Below, piece after piece: positions 46,328-57,349 of a stretch of 64,000 nucleotides of DNA. Made by a program: the position numbers and the translations under genes. The number at the start of each line of letters is the position of its first letter. Position 1 is the first letter of the stretch. The stretch lies in the NCBI GenBank assembly GCA_012862495.1, contig BLSG01000132.1, forward strand, positions 1-64,000, in the 5' to 3' direction. The notes beneath the pieces were generated by a model that was not told where the DNA came from, searched no databases, and worked only from the letters and a program-made list of their open reading frames with translations. The DNA is from Thraustochytrium aureum. Lineage: Eukaryota.

Positions 46328-47188
46328 CATTTGGTCCCTGCAATGCTAGGAATGGGGGTCCTCATGCAAGTCGCACCAGAGCAGCGCGTTGGGCTCGATT
46401 TTGGCGCGACGCTGTTTTTCGCACTCAACAAAACGGGCTTCTACCTCGCGATTTGGCTGTTTCAGCCCGCGCTCCTCTCCACCATTCTCAAGGGCAAAAG
46501 CTCCACCTTGCACCTGGTCAAGATCAACGATCGCGCGTCTTTGCTGCTGTGCACGGTCGCCGTGATCCTGGCTTACCTCCCGTTTGCGACCCTGTTTATT
46601 TCGGACGGCGCTGACACGCTCGCGGTGCTCGTGTTTTACTTGGTCATGGCTGGCACTTGGCTCCAAGTCGTTTGCTTGTTTGGGCAGGCCCTGTACGTCA
46701 AGAAGAAGGTGATCCGCGTTCTCAACCAGTCGCTCAGCTTGACGCACTCGGAGCGCACGGTCAAGATCAAAAAGGCGCTTGTCGATATCCAGAACGGCAA
46801 CATGAAGCAAACGGTCGTGCAAGGCCTCGTCTTTGCTCTTTTCGTCTGCTACCCGTACATGATGAACAAGCACGCGTATTTTCTGCCGATCAGCTGGATT
46901 GGCTACGTCGTGGTCGGCAAGAACCTCGCCTTTACGGCGGTCTCGTCCGAGTCGGGCAACAGCAAATCGTTCGGCACCTCCTCGGCCGCGGGAAGCAAGT
47001 CAAAGTCCAACAAAGACAAGTCATTCAGCATGAGCGAGCAGCCTGCGACGGTCTTGAACACCCGCTTCAACTCATCTTACGTCGACTCGTCCTACCAGCG
47101 GTCCTTCCAGGAGAACGTGGTTTCGTACCACGAAAACCTTGCTTACGAAGGGCCGACCGCCGGCGACGGCGACGATGAATACGTGTGA
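46328..47188 (+). CDS. Multi-pass membrane protein (possibly 7TM/GPCR-like); 5' part in gap
   Basis: Five to six hydrophobic helices, a basic loop (KKKVIRVL...VKIKKAL) between the last helices and a Ser-rich cytosolic tail; coding-like codon bias. Confidence 0.6.
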   Translation, partial: HLVPAMLGMGVLMQVAPEQRVGLDFGATLFFALNKTGFYLAIWLFQPALLSTILKGKSSTLHLVKINDRASLLLCTVAVILAYLPFATLFISDGADTLAVLVFYLVMAGTWLQVVCLFGQALYVKKKVIRVLNQSLSLTHSERTVKIKKALVDIQNGNMKQTVVQGLVFALFVCYPYMMNKHAYFLPISWIGYVVVGKNLAFTAVSSESGNSKSFGTSSAAGSKSKSNKDKSFSMSEQPATVLNTRFNSSYVDSSYQRSFQENVVSYHENLAYEGPTAGDGDDEYV

Positions 47189-47234
47189 CGGGGCTGGCGG
47201 CGACGGCGACGACGAATACGTGTGAGGGGGCTGG
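47161..47234. repeat. Tandem duplication of the last codons, stop and flank of the membrane-protein gene (~37-bp period)
   Basis: cggcgacggcgacga(t/c)gaatacgtgtga(c/g)ggggctgg occurs twice. Confidence 0.85.
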
Positions 47235-47766
47235 TTTGTGTGTTTCTTGCTGTGCCAGATGTTTATTTCAATGCGTTTCTCTGTTTTTTGGCTAGCTGCG
47301 AAACCCTTCGGGCCTTGCGTCGTCACTGGCTGGCTTTCACGAGGTCTCCGCATGATCACTTGCAGGCTTGGCACAACAATCTCGCGTCGGGCCACGCGCG
47401 GCCTGGCCGGGTTGTAACGGACCAAACGCATACGTATTGTGCAGCCGGCATTTCGGAGATAAATCGGAAAACCCATTTTGGGCAAGAAAAGCCCCGTTCA
47501 AGGCCTTGTACGTCCTCACTACACCTCCAAAAGTGCAAAAAGTTGATGTGCCTCGTGTGTTGGTCGCCTAGCTAGGTATTCACTCATTCGTGCAGTCTCG
47601 GCGCGGAGCCGCGCTCCTTTCATGACCCTGGCAGGCCCTTTACCACGGCGTGGCATCTTGCTTGCGCGCAGTCCCAAATCAAAGCGGCGCAAAGGCACGC
47701 GCAGGGAGCCTAGGGCGCGTCGCCTCAACTTGCAGCCGCAGGCGGCCAGAGACAACCTCGGGCGAG

Positions 47767-49452
47767 ATGGCCAGCACGGCAAGCGGCCTCCGCGGGCGCT
47801 TGTTTGCAAGCAAGAATGCGCACAACAAGCCCGAGCTCAGGGTGCTTGTGCCGCTGGATCGTGCAGGCGAGGACGGGGACGAGCTGCTTGAAGAAGAAAA
47901 GGATGCCGACACGAAGCCTGAGTTGGACAATCGTGCAAAGCCAAGCGCCACACAGACAGGGCTCAAGCTCTCGCCACTCGGGCTGATGAAGGGCCTCGTG
48001 GAAGCAGTTTCCCCTCGCAGCTCGAAAAACAAGTCGCACACAATCCAGAGAGACTCTGTCGACAGCCAAGGCTCCCCCGACGGCGCGCGAGGACTGGAAG
48101 ACGTCGACGTTGTCGCAAACACCACCGCAGAGGTCCGCCAGATCGACGAGGGGAGCGGTGCGGGCACGAGCAGTGGTGCAATGCTACGAGAGAAGAAAGA
48201 GACCGATGCGCAAAAAACCGGGGCTGTCCACGCCGCAAAGGTCGCGTCGCTCTTGGCTCAGCTGGACCAATCTCGCCTCCAGGCAGACGAGCAACGCCGC
48301 CAACTTCGAACTAGGTTGAAGCAGATGCAGTTCAGGGCCGAAGCCCAAAATCGGTATGGGCGGCTGTGCAAGAGCATCGTGAACGCCTACAACACCGCTT
48401 TGCTTGCTGCATTTGCCACTCTGGCGGTCAGGGGGTCCCCGCACTTTCCTCCACTTAGTGGAGATGCGGGGACGGTGGCCGCGCGAGCAGGGGCGTTTTG
48501 CGCGCTCCTTGGCCTCTTCTTTCTATCCAACAAGTGGCTCACGGCGCACGCTGTCAGCCACGACGCCAAAGTCCCGGCCGAGAGCTCTGGACCACACCGG
48601 TCTGACGACGCGCCGCTGGACACCGGGGCGGCTCTGGCGTTTCTAGTGGGCCTCGATTTCGGTTCTTGCAGCGCAGAACGCTCCGTACAAAATGACCGGC
48701 TGCCGACGTACCGCGCTGTTGTGGCCGGCGCCAAGCGCCTTGCTTCCAGCACGCCGTGGCACGCAGCCCCTGACGAGTTCACCGCCCTCCTGCACCTTCG
48801 GGGCGCTGGATGGAGCAAGGGCGCGGCGCTAGACTCCATACAACGGGCCGTCTCTTGGCGCCTTCGAGTTGGCCAGTACGCGTTCGCAGATGTCCGAGGC
48901 GGTGAAATGTCAATCTTCGACGCGGCCCGAGCGCGCACGTTGACCGGCTTCGACAAGGACGACCGCCCTGTGCTGGTCGACAGACTTGGCGCCTTCTTGG
49001 GCGGCGATCTCCCTGGCGCGCTTAGCTCAAGCCAATGGACCCGCTGCCACCTTGCAGAAGTGACGCGGATCACGAGCCACCTTCGCGCGGCCTCCGAGCG
49101 CGCCGGTCGCCCAATCCTCGACGTGCGCTACGTGATGGACTTGAAGGGACTCGGCTCGGCGTGGGAGCTCGTGCGCGCGGCGCCCTTCTTGCAAAGGCTG
49201 TCGAACGAGGTTCGGGACATCTACCCTGGCCTGGAGGCCCATGTCCTCGTGGTCAACGCAACGCCGGTAGCCGGTCAATTCGCACGCCTGCTGGCGCGAT
49301 TCTCCGTGGCCTTTGCTACGCCAGTCTCTATCAAAGTGCTAGAGAACGTCGCCGAGCTGGCTCGATGGGTAGACCCCAACGCCTTGCCAGCGGCGCTCGG
49401 CGGGATTCTCAAGGACCCCCCGCGCCCGAGCACGCACGAAGCCCTGTTTTGA
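47767..49452 (+). CDS. CRAL-TRIO (Sec14-like) lipid-binding protein with N-terminal coiled coil and TM segments
   Basis: LLHLRGAGWS...A...I..AVSWR, GFDKDDRPVLVDRLG, YVMDLKGLG, IYPGL...VLVVNA, VDPNALPAALGG. ATG at 47767. Confidence 0.8.
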   Translation: MASTASGLRGRLFASKNAHNKPELRVLVPLDRAGEDGDELLEEEKDADTKPELDNRAKPSATQTGLKLSPLGLMKGLVEAVSPRSSKNKSHTIQRDSVDSQGSPDGARGLEDVDVVANTTAEVRQIDEGSGAGTSSGAMLREKKETDAQKTGAVHAAKVASLLAQLDQSRLQADEQRRQLRTRLKQMQFRAEAQNRYGRLCKSIVNAYNTALLAAFATLAVRGSPHFPPLSGDAGTVAARAGAFCALLGLFFLSNKWLTAHAVSHDAKVPAESSGPHRSDDAPLDTGAALAFLVGLDFGSCSAERSVQNDRLPTYRAVVAGAKRLASSTPWHAAPDEFTALLHLRGAGWSKGAALDSIQRAVSWRLRVGQYAFADVRGGEMSIFDAARARTLTGFDKDDRPVLVDRLGAFLGGDLPGALSSSQWTRCHLAEVTRITSHLRAASERAGRPILDVRYVMDLKGLGSAWELVRAAPFLQRLSNEVRDIYPGLEAHVLVVNATPVAGQFARLLARFSVAFATPVSIKVLENVAELARWVDPNALPAALGGILKDPPRPSTHEALF

Positions 49453-49563
49453 TTGAGAATCAAGATCTTGAGAATGGACCTAGGGGCCAACATGTAGAGC
49501 GCTCTCTGCGCAACGTCGAAACACTAATGCAAACCCAACCAGATTTTTGTCCGCCGCAGGGCT

Positions 49564-50405
49564 CTATGGCCCCACCACGCTGTAGCCACCGTCCACAAAC
49601 AGCGTATGCCCGGTCACGGCGCGCGCCAAGTCGCTCGCAAGGTAGACGCTCGCGTCCGCGACATCGGCCGCCTCCAGCGGTCTCTGCAAAGGGCTCCGCT
49701 GCTCGGCCTCCCGTCGAAGTGACACAAACCCGGGAATGCCCCGTGCCGCCAACGTGTTCACCGGGCCAGCACTGATGGCGTTTACACGGATATCGTGGGG
49801 GCCAAGCTCGACAGCCAAGTACCTCGCGCTCGTCTCCAGCGCGGCTTTTGCTGGGCCCATGACGTTGTAGCCTGGAACCGCCCTGCGCGATCCGTCAAAG
49901 GTCAAGGCTGTCACGCTCGACGGAGCTTTGCGCGCGGCAGCCCCGGCCGCAAGCAGGGGCCCAAACTCTCGAGCTATCGCAACCAAGCTGAACGCGCTGG
50001 TCATCATGGTCGCCGCGAACCCAACGCGCGGCGTGTTCGTGAAGACGCCGCCAAAGCCGCCTCCAACGTCAGCGCCAGTACTGCCCGCACTGGCTGCTCC
50101 ATACAAGCATTCGCGTGGCGCGAAAGCCACGCCGTGCAGGACCATGTCCAGCTCGCCGTGAAAGTAGGCCCCCACGGCCGCAGCAGCTTGCTGCATGCTC
50201 GCGTCGCAGTCCACGTCACACTCGACCACGAGGGTGTCCTCGGGGCTCCAGCCCGGCTCGGCTTGCAGCATCGTTCTGACCTTTTCCGCAAACCGCGCGC
50301 CCTGCACCGCTATGGCGACCTGCGCCCCGTTGGTCTTCCACGCCTTCGCCGTGGCCCACGCGAGCGACTTGGAGTTGGCGCCCCAAAGACCAGCCCACGC
50401 CGGCC
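49564..50405 (-). CDS. fabI: Enoyl-ACP reductase FabI (NADH-dependent SDR); frameshift near 50380; 5' end in gap
   Basis: RGLVFG(V)ANSKSLAW..A, ECDV, LHGVAFAP, SAFSL, ALTFDGS..AVPGYNVMGPAKAALE (Y-x6-K), IRVNAISAGPVNTLAARGIPGF, VTG.TLFVDGG. Confidence 0.9.
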
Positions 50406-50778
50406 NNNNNNNNNNNNNNNNNNNNNNNNNNNNNNNNNNNNNNNNNNNNNNNNNNNNNNNNNNNNNNNNNNNNNNNNNNNNNNNNNNNNNNNNNNNNNNN
50501 NNNNNNNNNNNNNNNNNNNNNNNNNNNNNNNNNNNNNNNNNNNNNNNNNNNNNNNNNNNNNNNNNNNNNNNNNNNNNNNNNNNNNNNNNNNNNNNNNNNN
50601 NNNNNNNNNNNNNNNNNNNNNNNNNNNNNNNNNNNNNNNNNNNNNNNNNNNNNNNNNNNNNNNNNNNNNNNNNNNNNNNNNNNNNNNNNNNNNNNNNNNN
50701 NNNNNNNNNNNNNNNNNNNNNNNNNNNNNNNNNNNNNNNNNNNNNNNNNNNNNNNNNNNNNNNNNNNNNNNNGCTGGG

Positions 50779-52402
50779 ATGGCGGCAAAGTTGGCGGCCC
50801 GATGCCTGGTTGGTCTCACCTGGACGCCTCGGACGACGGCGCTGGACGCGACCAGGGCAGAGTGCGCTGGACGCGCGCTGGCGCTGCCGAGGCGCCTGGG
50901 ACGCAGGCCCGCGAGGTGGGCCGGACCCCTAAACCCGCTCTCGTGTCGGCAACACTGGACGGGCTCGCGGGCGCAAGAAGCGTCAGCAGGTGCTGGAAGC
51001 GCTGGGATGGACGCTCTCACTGACGAGGACAGAGCGACACAAGAACGGGTGACATGGGTGGGGCTCGGCTGCAACGTGGGCTTGTCGGGAATCAAGCTCT
51101 TCGTCGGGCTCGAGGCGGGCTCCGTGTCGCTCATCGCAGACGCATTCCACTCGGCCAGCGACCTGTGCGGGGACTTTGTGGCTCTTGCGGCGCTCAACGT
51201 GTCGCGCAAACCGCCCGACGAGACGCACCCGTATGGCTATGGCCATTACGAATCGCTGGGCACGCTTTTGGTCTCAGCGATGCTGGTCGGGGGCGGTACT
51301 GGCATCGGGTACCACTCGTTCGACCAGCTTTTCCACGTCGTCGAGAGCGGTGGCGAGAGCTCAATGCGCATGATTCCCGCCGCTCTCGGGGTGATCGGGT
51401 TTTCGGTCATAATCAAAGAGTGGCTGTACCGTATCACGGTCAAAGTGGGCCAGCGTACACGGTCCCCGGTGCTCGTCGCAAACGCGTGGCACCACCGCAC
51501 CGACGCCTTCTCCTCCGTCGTCGCCCTGATTGGCGTCGCCGGCGCAGGCCTCGGGATACCCTACCTCGATCCCGTGGCAGGCTTGCTCGTGTCCGGGATG
51601 GTTCTCAAAGCAGGCGCGGACGTCGGCTGGGAGGCTGTGCAAGACCTCACCGACCGCAAGCGCGACTCGGACGCCGAGCTCGTGCGCGGCGTCTACGGCG
51701 TGGCCCGCGAACTCTCCTCGCAGCCTGGGTCTGGCATCGTCGACGCTCACCAGGTCCGCGTGCGCCGCCTAGGCCACTACCGACTCCTTGACTTTCACCT
51801 CCGCGTGGACCCACGGCTAAGTGTGACGGGCGGGTACCTGGAGAAAAACCGCATCAAGCGCAAGCTATTGCGCGCTTTTCCGGCGATCAGCGAGATTTTC
51901 GTCCACGTGCAGGCCCACCCCAGCCGCACACACCAGTTCACGAGCAACAACTTTGACTCGCACGAACTTGGGCGCAGCCTCTCTATCCGCCGGCAGAGTG
52001 GGACAGGGTCTTCAGGCTCTGGGTTTTCCAAGTCGGCGCAGACCAGCCTGGCCGAGTTTGATGCGCAGATGCTCATCGCCAAGCCGCCTCGCTCGCACTT
52101 TAGCATCGAAAGGACGTCAAGCAGGTCATTGCAGAATGCATGGAGATCGAGCCGGTCATTCTGGGCCTCACGCAACTCTCGTGCACTATCACCACGACGA
52201 GGGCTCGATGCTGCCCTCCGTCACGCTAGAGGTCAATCTCCGCATGAGCAAGGACATCACGCTCCACCGCGCCGACCAGGCGGCGCACGTTGCCTACGAG
52301 CGGCTCTTGGAGATCCCTGACGTCGACCTCGTGGACATCCACGTTGAGCTCCTCGAGGACGAGCTGGCAGCTACAGCGAGCACAGACCGCCAGCCTCGAT
52401 GA
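50779..52402 (+). CDS. Cation diffusion facilitator (FieF/MMT-like), probably mitochondrial; frameshifts near 52110-52185
   Basis: R/A/L-rich presequence; SLIADAFHSASD, PPDETHPYGYG.YE, ANAWHHRTD, LDPVAG. ZT-dimer-like C-terminal domain apparently present twice (EIFVHV, LVDIHVE). Confidence 0.88.
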
Positions 52403-53021
52403 CCAGAGCGGCAGCGCGTGCCTGCAGTCGGTCGGTACGCGTGAGCTTGGCTCAACTCCCTCTAGCTAGTGCCTGGGCTCCTCGGAGCTCTGGAGCGCGA
52501 GTGAGTGACCGACCACACATGTTCCTGCTTTGCCCTGGCCCACCTTGAGCCCGGCCNNNNNNNNNNNNNNNNNNNNNNNNNNNNNNNNNNNNNNNNNNNN
52601 NNNNNNNNNNNNNNNNNNNNNNNNNNNNNNNNNNNNNNNNNNNNNNNNNNNNNNNNNNNNNNNNNNNNNNNNNNNNNNNNNNNNNNNNNNNNNNNNNNNN
52701 NNNNNNNNNNNNNNNNNNNNNNNNNNNNNNNNNNNNNNNNNNNNNNNNNNNNNNNNNNNNNNNNNNNNNNNNNNNNNNNNNNNNNNNNNNNNNNNNNNNN
52801 NNNNNNNNNNNNNNNNNNNNNNNNNNNNNNNNNNNNNNNNNNNNNNNNNNNNNNNNNNNNNNNNNNNNNNNNNNNNNNNNNNNNNNNNNNNNNNNNNNNN
52901 NNNNNNNNNNNNNNNNNNNNNNNNNNNNNNNNNNNNNNNNNNNNNNNNNNNNNNNNNNNNNNNNNNNNNNNNNNNNNNNNNNNNNNNNNNNNNNNNNNNN
53001 NNNNNNNNNNNNNNNNNNNNN

Positions 53022-56000
53022 AGTCGGCGGCGCCTTCCAGCTCCTCGCGCTCAGGCCGCTTTTGGCTTCAGCAGGTTCGCGATCAACGCTCTTCAAGCGC
53101 GCGATTATCGCCCAAAGTGGTGATGCCGTGAGCCCTACCCCAGCTGAGCAGCTCAGGGACCTTGAAGAAACGTGCGTGCGCCAACTTGCGGCGGCAACGA
53201 TCGACGCAGTCCTTGGGAGCGCCGTCGAGCGCGTCGTTGCGCACATGCGCGCGGAGCGCAAGCAGGCTGCTAGACGCCGCTCGGACAGGCTCTTCAGCCG
53301 CTGGCAGCGGCACTGCCTGGATTTTGAGCATGACGAGAGCTTGCGCCGGGCAGAGCAAGCGCGCGTGCAGCTCCTGCAGGACGAGGCCAGCGCGAACAAT
53401 AGCGACGATCCGGGGGCGCGAGGCATCGAGTCTTCCTGTTGCTAAACCTGCCGCTTGCCCTTCTCAAGCTCAGGGTTCTCCTGTGCCAGAGCGGCTAGGA
53501 AGGAACGACCTGCTGCACGCGTGCAGTACAGGCAACATCGAGACTCTCCTGTGCTGGGTCAACGAGCAGCGCGGGGCCGGGGTCGACATCGTTGCCCGCT
53601 TAAACCTTGCAGACTCGCTGGAAGAGGCGCCGCTTGCCATCGCGATTGTCGCTGGCCAGGCCGAGGTCGCCAAAGCGCTTCTCGATCTCGGCGCCCATGC
53701 TGACCACAAGCGGTTTGGTGGGTCGCGAAACAAGTCGAGCGCCCTGCACCTGGCCTCCCGTCACGGCCAACATACTATTGTGAGCCTCCTTCTGGACCGC
53801 CTCAGGGGCAGCGCTGCGTCGTTTCAGACCGCAGTTGCAGCCAAGGATATGCGCGGCCGCACTGCCTTGCATGCCGCGAGCGAGGCTGGACATCTACGCT
53901 GTGTGCGCGTCCTCCTCGAAGCAGGCGCCTCCGTGACGGCCAAGGACAAGGAAGGCAATTCCGCGCTGCACCTGGCCGCGGCGCAGTACAATAGCGGGGA
54001 TATCTGCGAGGTTTTGCTGCGCAGTGCCGGGCCCAACGGTGCAGCAGCCAATCTGCGCAACAGAAACGGCGAACGCCCACTGCACCTCGCTGCGCGCTTC
54101 GGCAACGAGGTGGCCGTGGCCACTCTGATCGCTCGAGGAGCGGACCTCGACGCCCCAGACCGCGAGAGCCTCACGGCTCTTTGCCACGCAGTCAAACAGG
54201 GCCATGTTGGGACGGCGGCGCTGCTGTTGGATCGCGGCGCGAGCCTCAAGTTTTCCTGGCGCGATGCCACGAAGCCGCCGCTCGCTGTCAGCACGCCAGG
54301 CGGATCGTACTTTTGGCCGGCGCTCAACCTCGCAGGGGCTTCGGGCGATGTTGACATGATTGAGATGATCCTTGACAAGGTTGAGGCCACGTCGCTCGCG
54401 GTCGGAGTCGACACGCTTGATGACGTCTGGCCAGGCGATACTGTGCTGATGAGCGCGTGCCGCGCTGGGCAGTGGCGATGCGCCGAGTACTTGGTGCAGG
54501 TTCGAAAGGCAGATGTGGCGCTCGTCAACCACAACAAGCACTGCGCGCTTCATGTGGCTCTCGAGGCCGCCACAAACCTCGCGCTTGCTGTGCCGCCCGC
54601 GAGTCTGCTGGCGAGCTTGATGGGTAGCGACGCAGTGCTGCGAAGCCGCGCGAGCGGGCCTCGGACGAGGCCAGTGCTCAGCTCTGCGGCGGGCGCGCTG
54701 CTGGCATGCGCCGAATCGAGGGTGGCGCGTAGTGAATCCGCGCACGAACGCATACTCCTCGGCGCCGTGCGCGGTCTGCTCGTTCGAGGGGCTTACATGG
54801 ACGACGACTTTCGCGACTCTATCAGGCAATTTCTCGAACTCGAGTGCAAGGGGCGGTTTTACGAGTGGGCGCGCGCACAACAAGTCGAAGCATGCCCAGC
54901 GCCGCGTGGCGCAGCCGACGCTGCCGGCCCGGTGCAGGGCAAGGCCTCTCGCGACCTCGCCACGTTTTTCTGGAAACAAAACGGTCTCGCAATGCGCTGC
55001 TCTGGGACTCGCACATGCCATCGCGACCCTGCCGAGCTCAAGCGAGCCATGGACCCCACATTTTGGCGGCAGCTCGCGAGCCTCTACGAGCGGCGCGACC
55101 ACCTCGCTGGAGACGCAGTTCTTGGCCTCGACGACGGGAGCGAGCTCGTGGTGCACCGCGTCGTCGTCGCTGCGCGATGCCCCGTCTTTGCCGCTATGTT
55201 CGGGGGCTCAATGCGCGAAGCCAGCACAAGGCGTGCAACACTTGCGGCCCACCACCCGGACACAGTTAGGGCCTTTGTCCGGTTCCTCTACACTGGCGAC
55301 GCGCTTGCTCTTCCATGCCTTTCGGGTGCGGCATCGATTGCTTTTGGGGATCGCGGGCCATCCGTTGACGCGTCCGTGGGGCAACAACCTCTCGATATTG
55401 CGGACGGTCGAGCAGTGATGGAGCTCGTTCAAGGCGCGGTGGATATGCTCGTTCTCGCGAACGAGATGCTGCTGGTGGTGCTCGAGCAGCTCTGCTGCCG
55501 AGCCGTGGAGGTTGTTTTAACTGCGCACGCTGTGGCGACTCGCGGGCTCGGCGGCCCTGCTCAGGCGACGAGCCGTTCCCAGCGGCGCGCGCCGCGACTT
55601 CGGCGATCGCACATTCGCGAGATTCAAGCGTTTGCGCTCGGCGTTGGTGCAAGCTCGCTTGCTGCAACCTGCGAGGGAATCCTCGAGTCAATTGCTTGCC
55701 GCCAGCCACTTCCTGCGGCACTTGTGGCTGTCGATCACATTCTGCAGTGCGGCTGCCCGCGGGCGTTCCTCCGACTGTACAACTTGCAGTATTGCTCAGT
55801 TCCTGCTTGTGGTGTGACCGTGGATATGGAGCTGCTTTGCCTCGGCGTCGGCGTCGGCGTGGACGACCTCGCGGTGATGCGACCGATCCATTTGGCCGCA
55901 CTTATCTCTGCGCATGGCAGCGAGTATGTCACCACGGACGTGGCGGCGGTGGCCCAAGCGCCGCGCCTCTCCGACTATGTCTGCCAGGTCGAGCGCGCGC

Positions 56001-56764
56001 TAACGGCCCTCCCTCTATCGCCCCGCATGCAGTGCTCAGCGGCGATGCTCGATGCATTCCGGGCGACCTGCGCAGGTGAGGCCGTTCAAGGGGAATTGGA
56101 CGCGGCCGCGCTTGGCGCTGATGTCGAGCTTTTTGTTGGGGACGGAGCACAGGGGATACTGGCGCATTGGGCGATCCTGAGCCTGAAAAGCAAGTGGTTT
56201 CGCAGCGAGCTTGAGCGGCTACGGGGGCGTAGCGGCACATGTGGCTCTGAGGTGGACTGTGCTGAGCCGCGCGCGGCGGCCGTCCGCTTGAGCGCTCTTT
56301 CGCGAAGGTGCGGCTTGCCATTTCGCCGCTCGTCCTGGCTCGCTGTGCTCTGTTTTTGCTATGCCGGCAAACTAGACGAGGGCCGCTTGCCGCGTTCCTT
56401 GGACGAGGTCGTCGAGCTGATCGAGCTCGCAGAGCTGCTCGGCATACCTTACCTAGCCTCGGTCGTGGAGGTCCTTTTGGACGACGTCCCAGTTGGTGAA
56501 GTATCGTGCACGTCCGAGGTGAGTGCCGCAGACCTCCTGCTCGCGGACGAGGTGCACCCATGTTTGTGGTCGTTGGAGATCAAATTCCGCGCCTCCCTCC
56601 TTCAGGTAGAGTGTGCTGACACGTTTCAGACCGCCTGCAGGCGGCTCTGGACCGGGTCCGTGACGCCCGCGACAGCGAGGTGCAGGCAGGACTGCCACTC
56701 CCGCACCGCTGCGCGCTCCTCGCGCTCTCGCGGTCACTCACCTCTTGATCAAGTAACAGTGTAA
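53022..56764 (+). CDS. Ankyrin-repeat + BTB/POZ domain protein (two BTB-like domains); ends uncertain
   Basis: Ankyrin repeats (GRTALHAAS..GH, GNSALHLAA, GERPLHLAARFGN); BTB motifs VHRVVVAARCPVFAAMFGGSMREA...FVRFLYTG and AHWAILSLKSKWF...VLCFCYAG. Confidence 0.85.
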
Positions 56765-57349
56765 ATAATAGACTTGATCGGACGCGTTGCCTCGTGCACA
56801 GCAAGAGCGCTGCCAGTTTGCGTTTGTGCGAGCTCGCAGTGGCTGCATTTGATCGTTTGCAAGGCGGACGAATCCTTCGAGTTGTACGCCGTTCTCGTGT
56901 CGCAGAGGTTGCTGTCGCGAGTCGCGCAGCCTGTCGTTGATTCGCAAGGCCAATCGGCTTGCGTCGCGCGCAGGGACGCCCGACCAGGCACAGGGCGACA
57001 AGGTACCCAGAGTACCCCGCCTTTTGCCGTCGTTGAATCGAATTCAGTCGATTCAAGAACACGCAAACGAACGCCACCCGCGCCCAAAAGCCATGCGAAG
57101 CATGCGAAGGACGCCTCGCGCGCTCTTGGGCTTTCACGCAGCCGGCGCCGCAGCGCGTCGAGCGCGGTTTTGCCCTGGAAAAATCGGTCCATCGCCTCGT
57201 TTTCATGAACAGAACAGGAAATCCAAATCCATCAAAAATGACAAGCATGCGGAAGGAGTTGAAGACATACGCGCAACTGAGCGAGCGGTGTCTGGGCCGC
57301 GCGCAGGCAAGACGGCCCGTAGGTCTCGCGTAGCGTATCGCGGAGCAAG

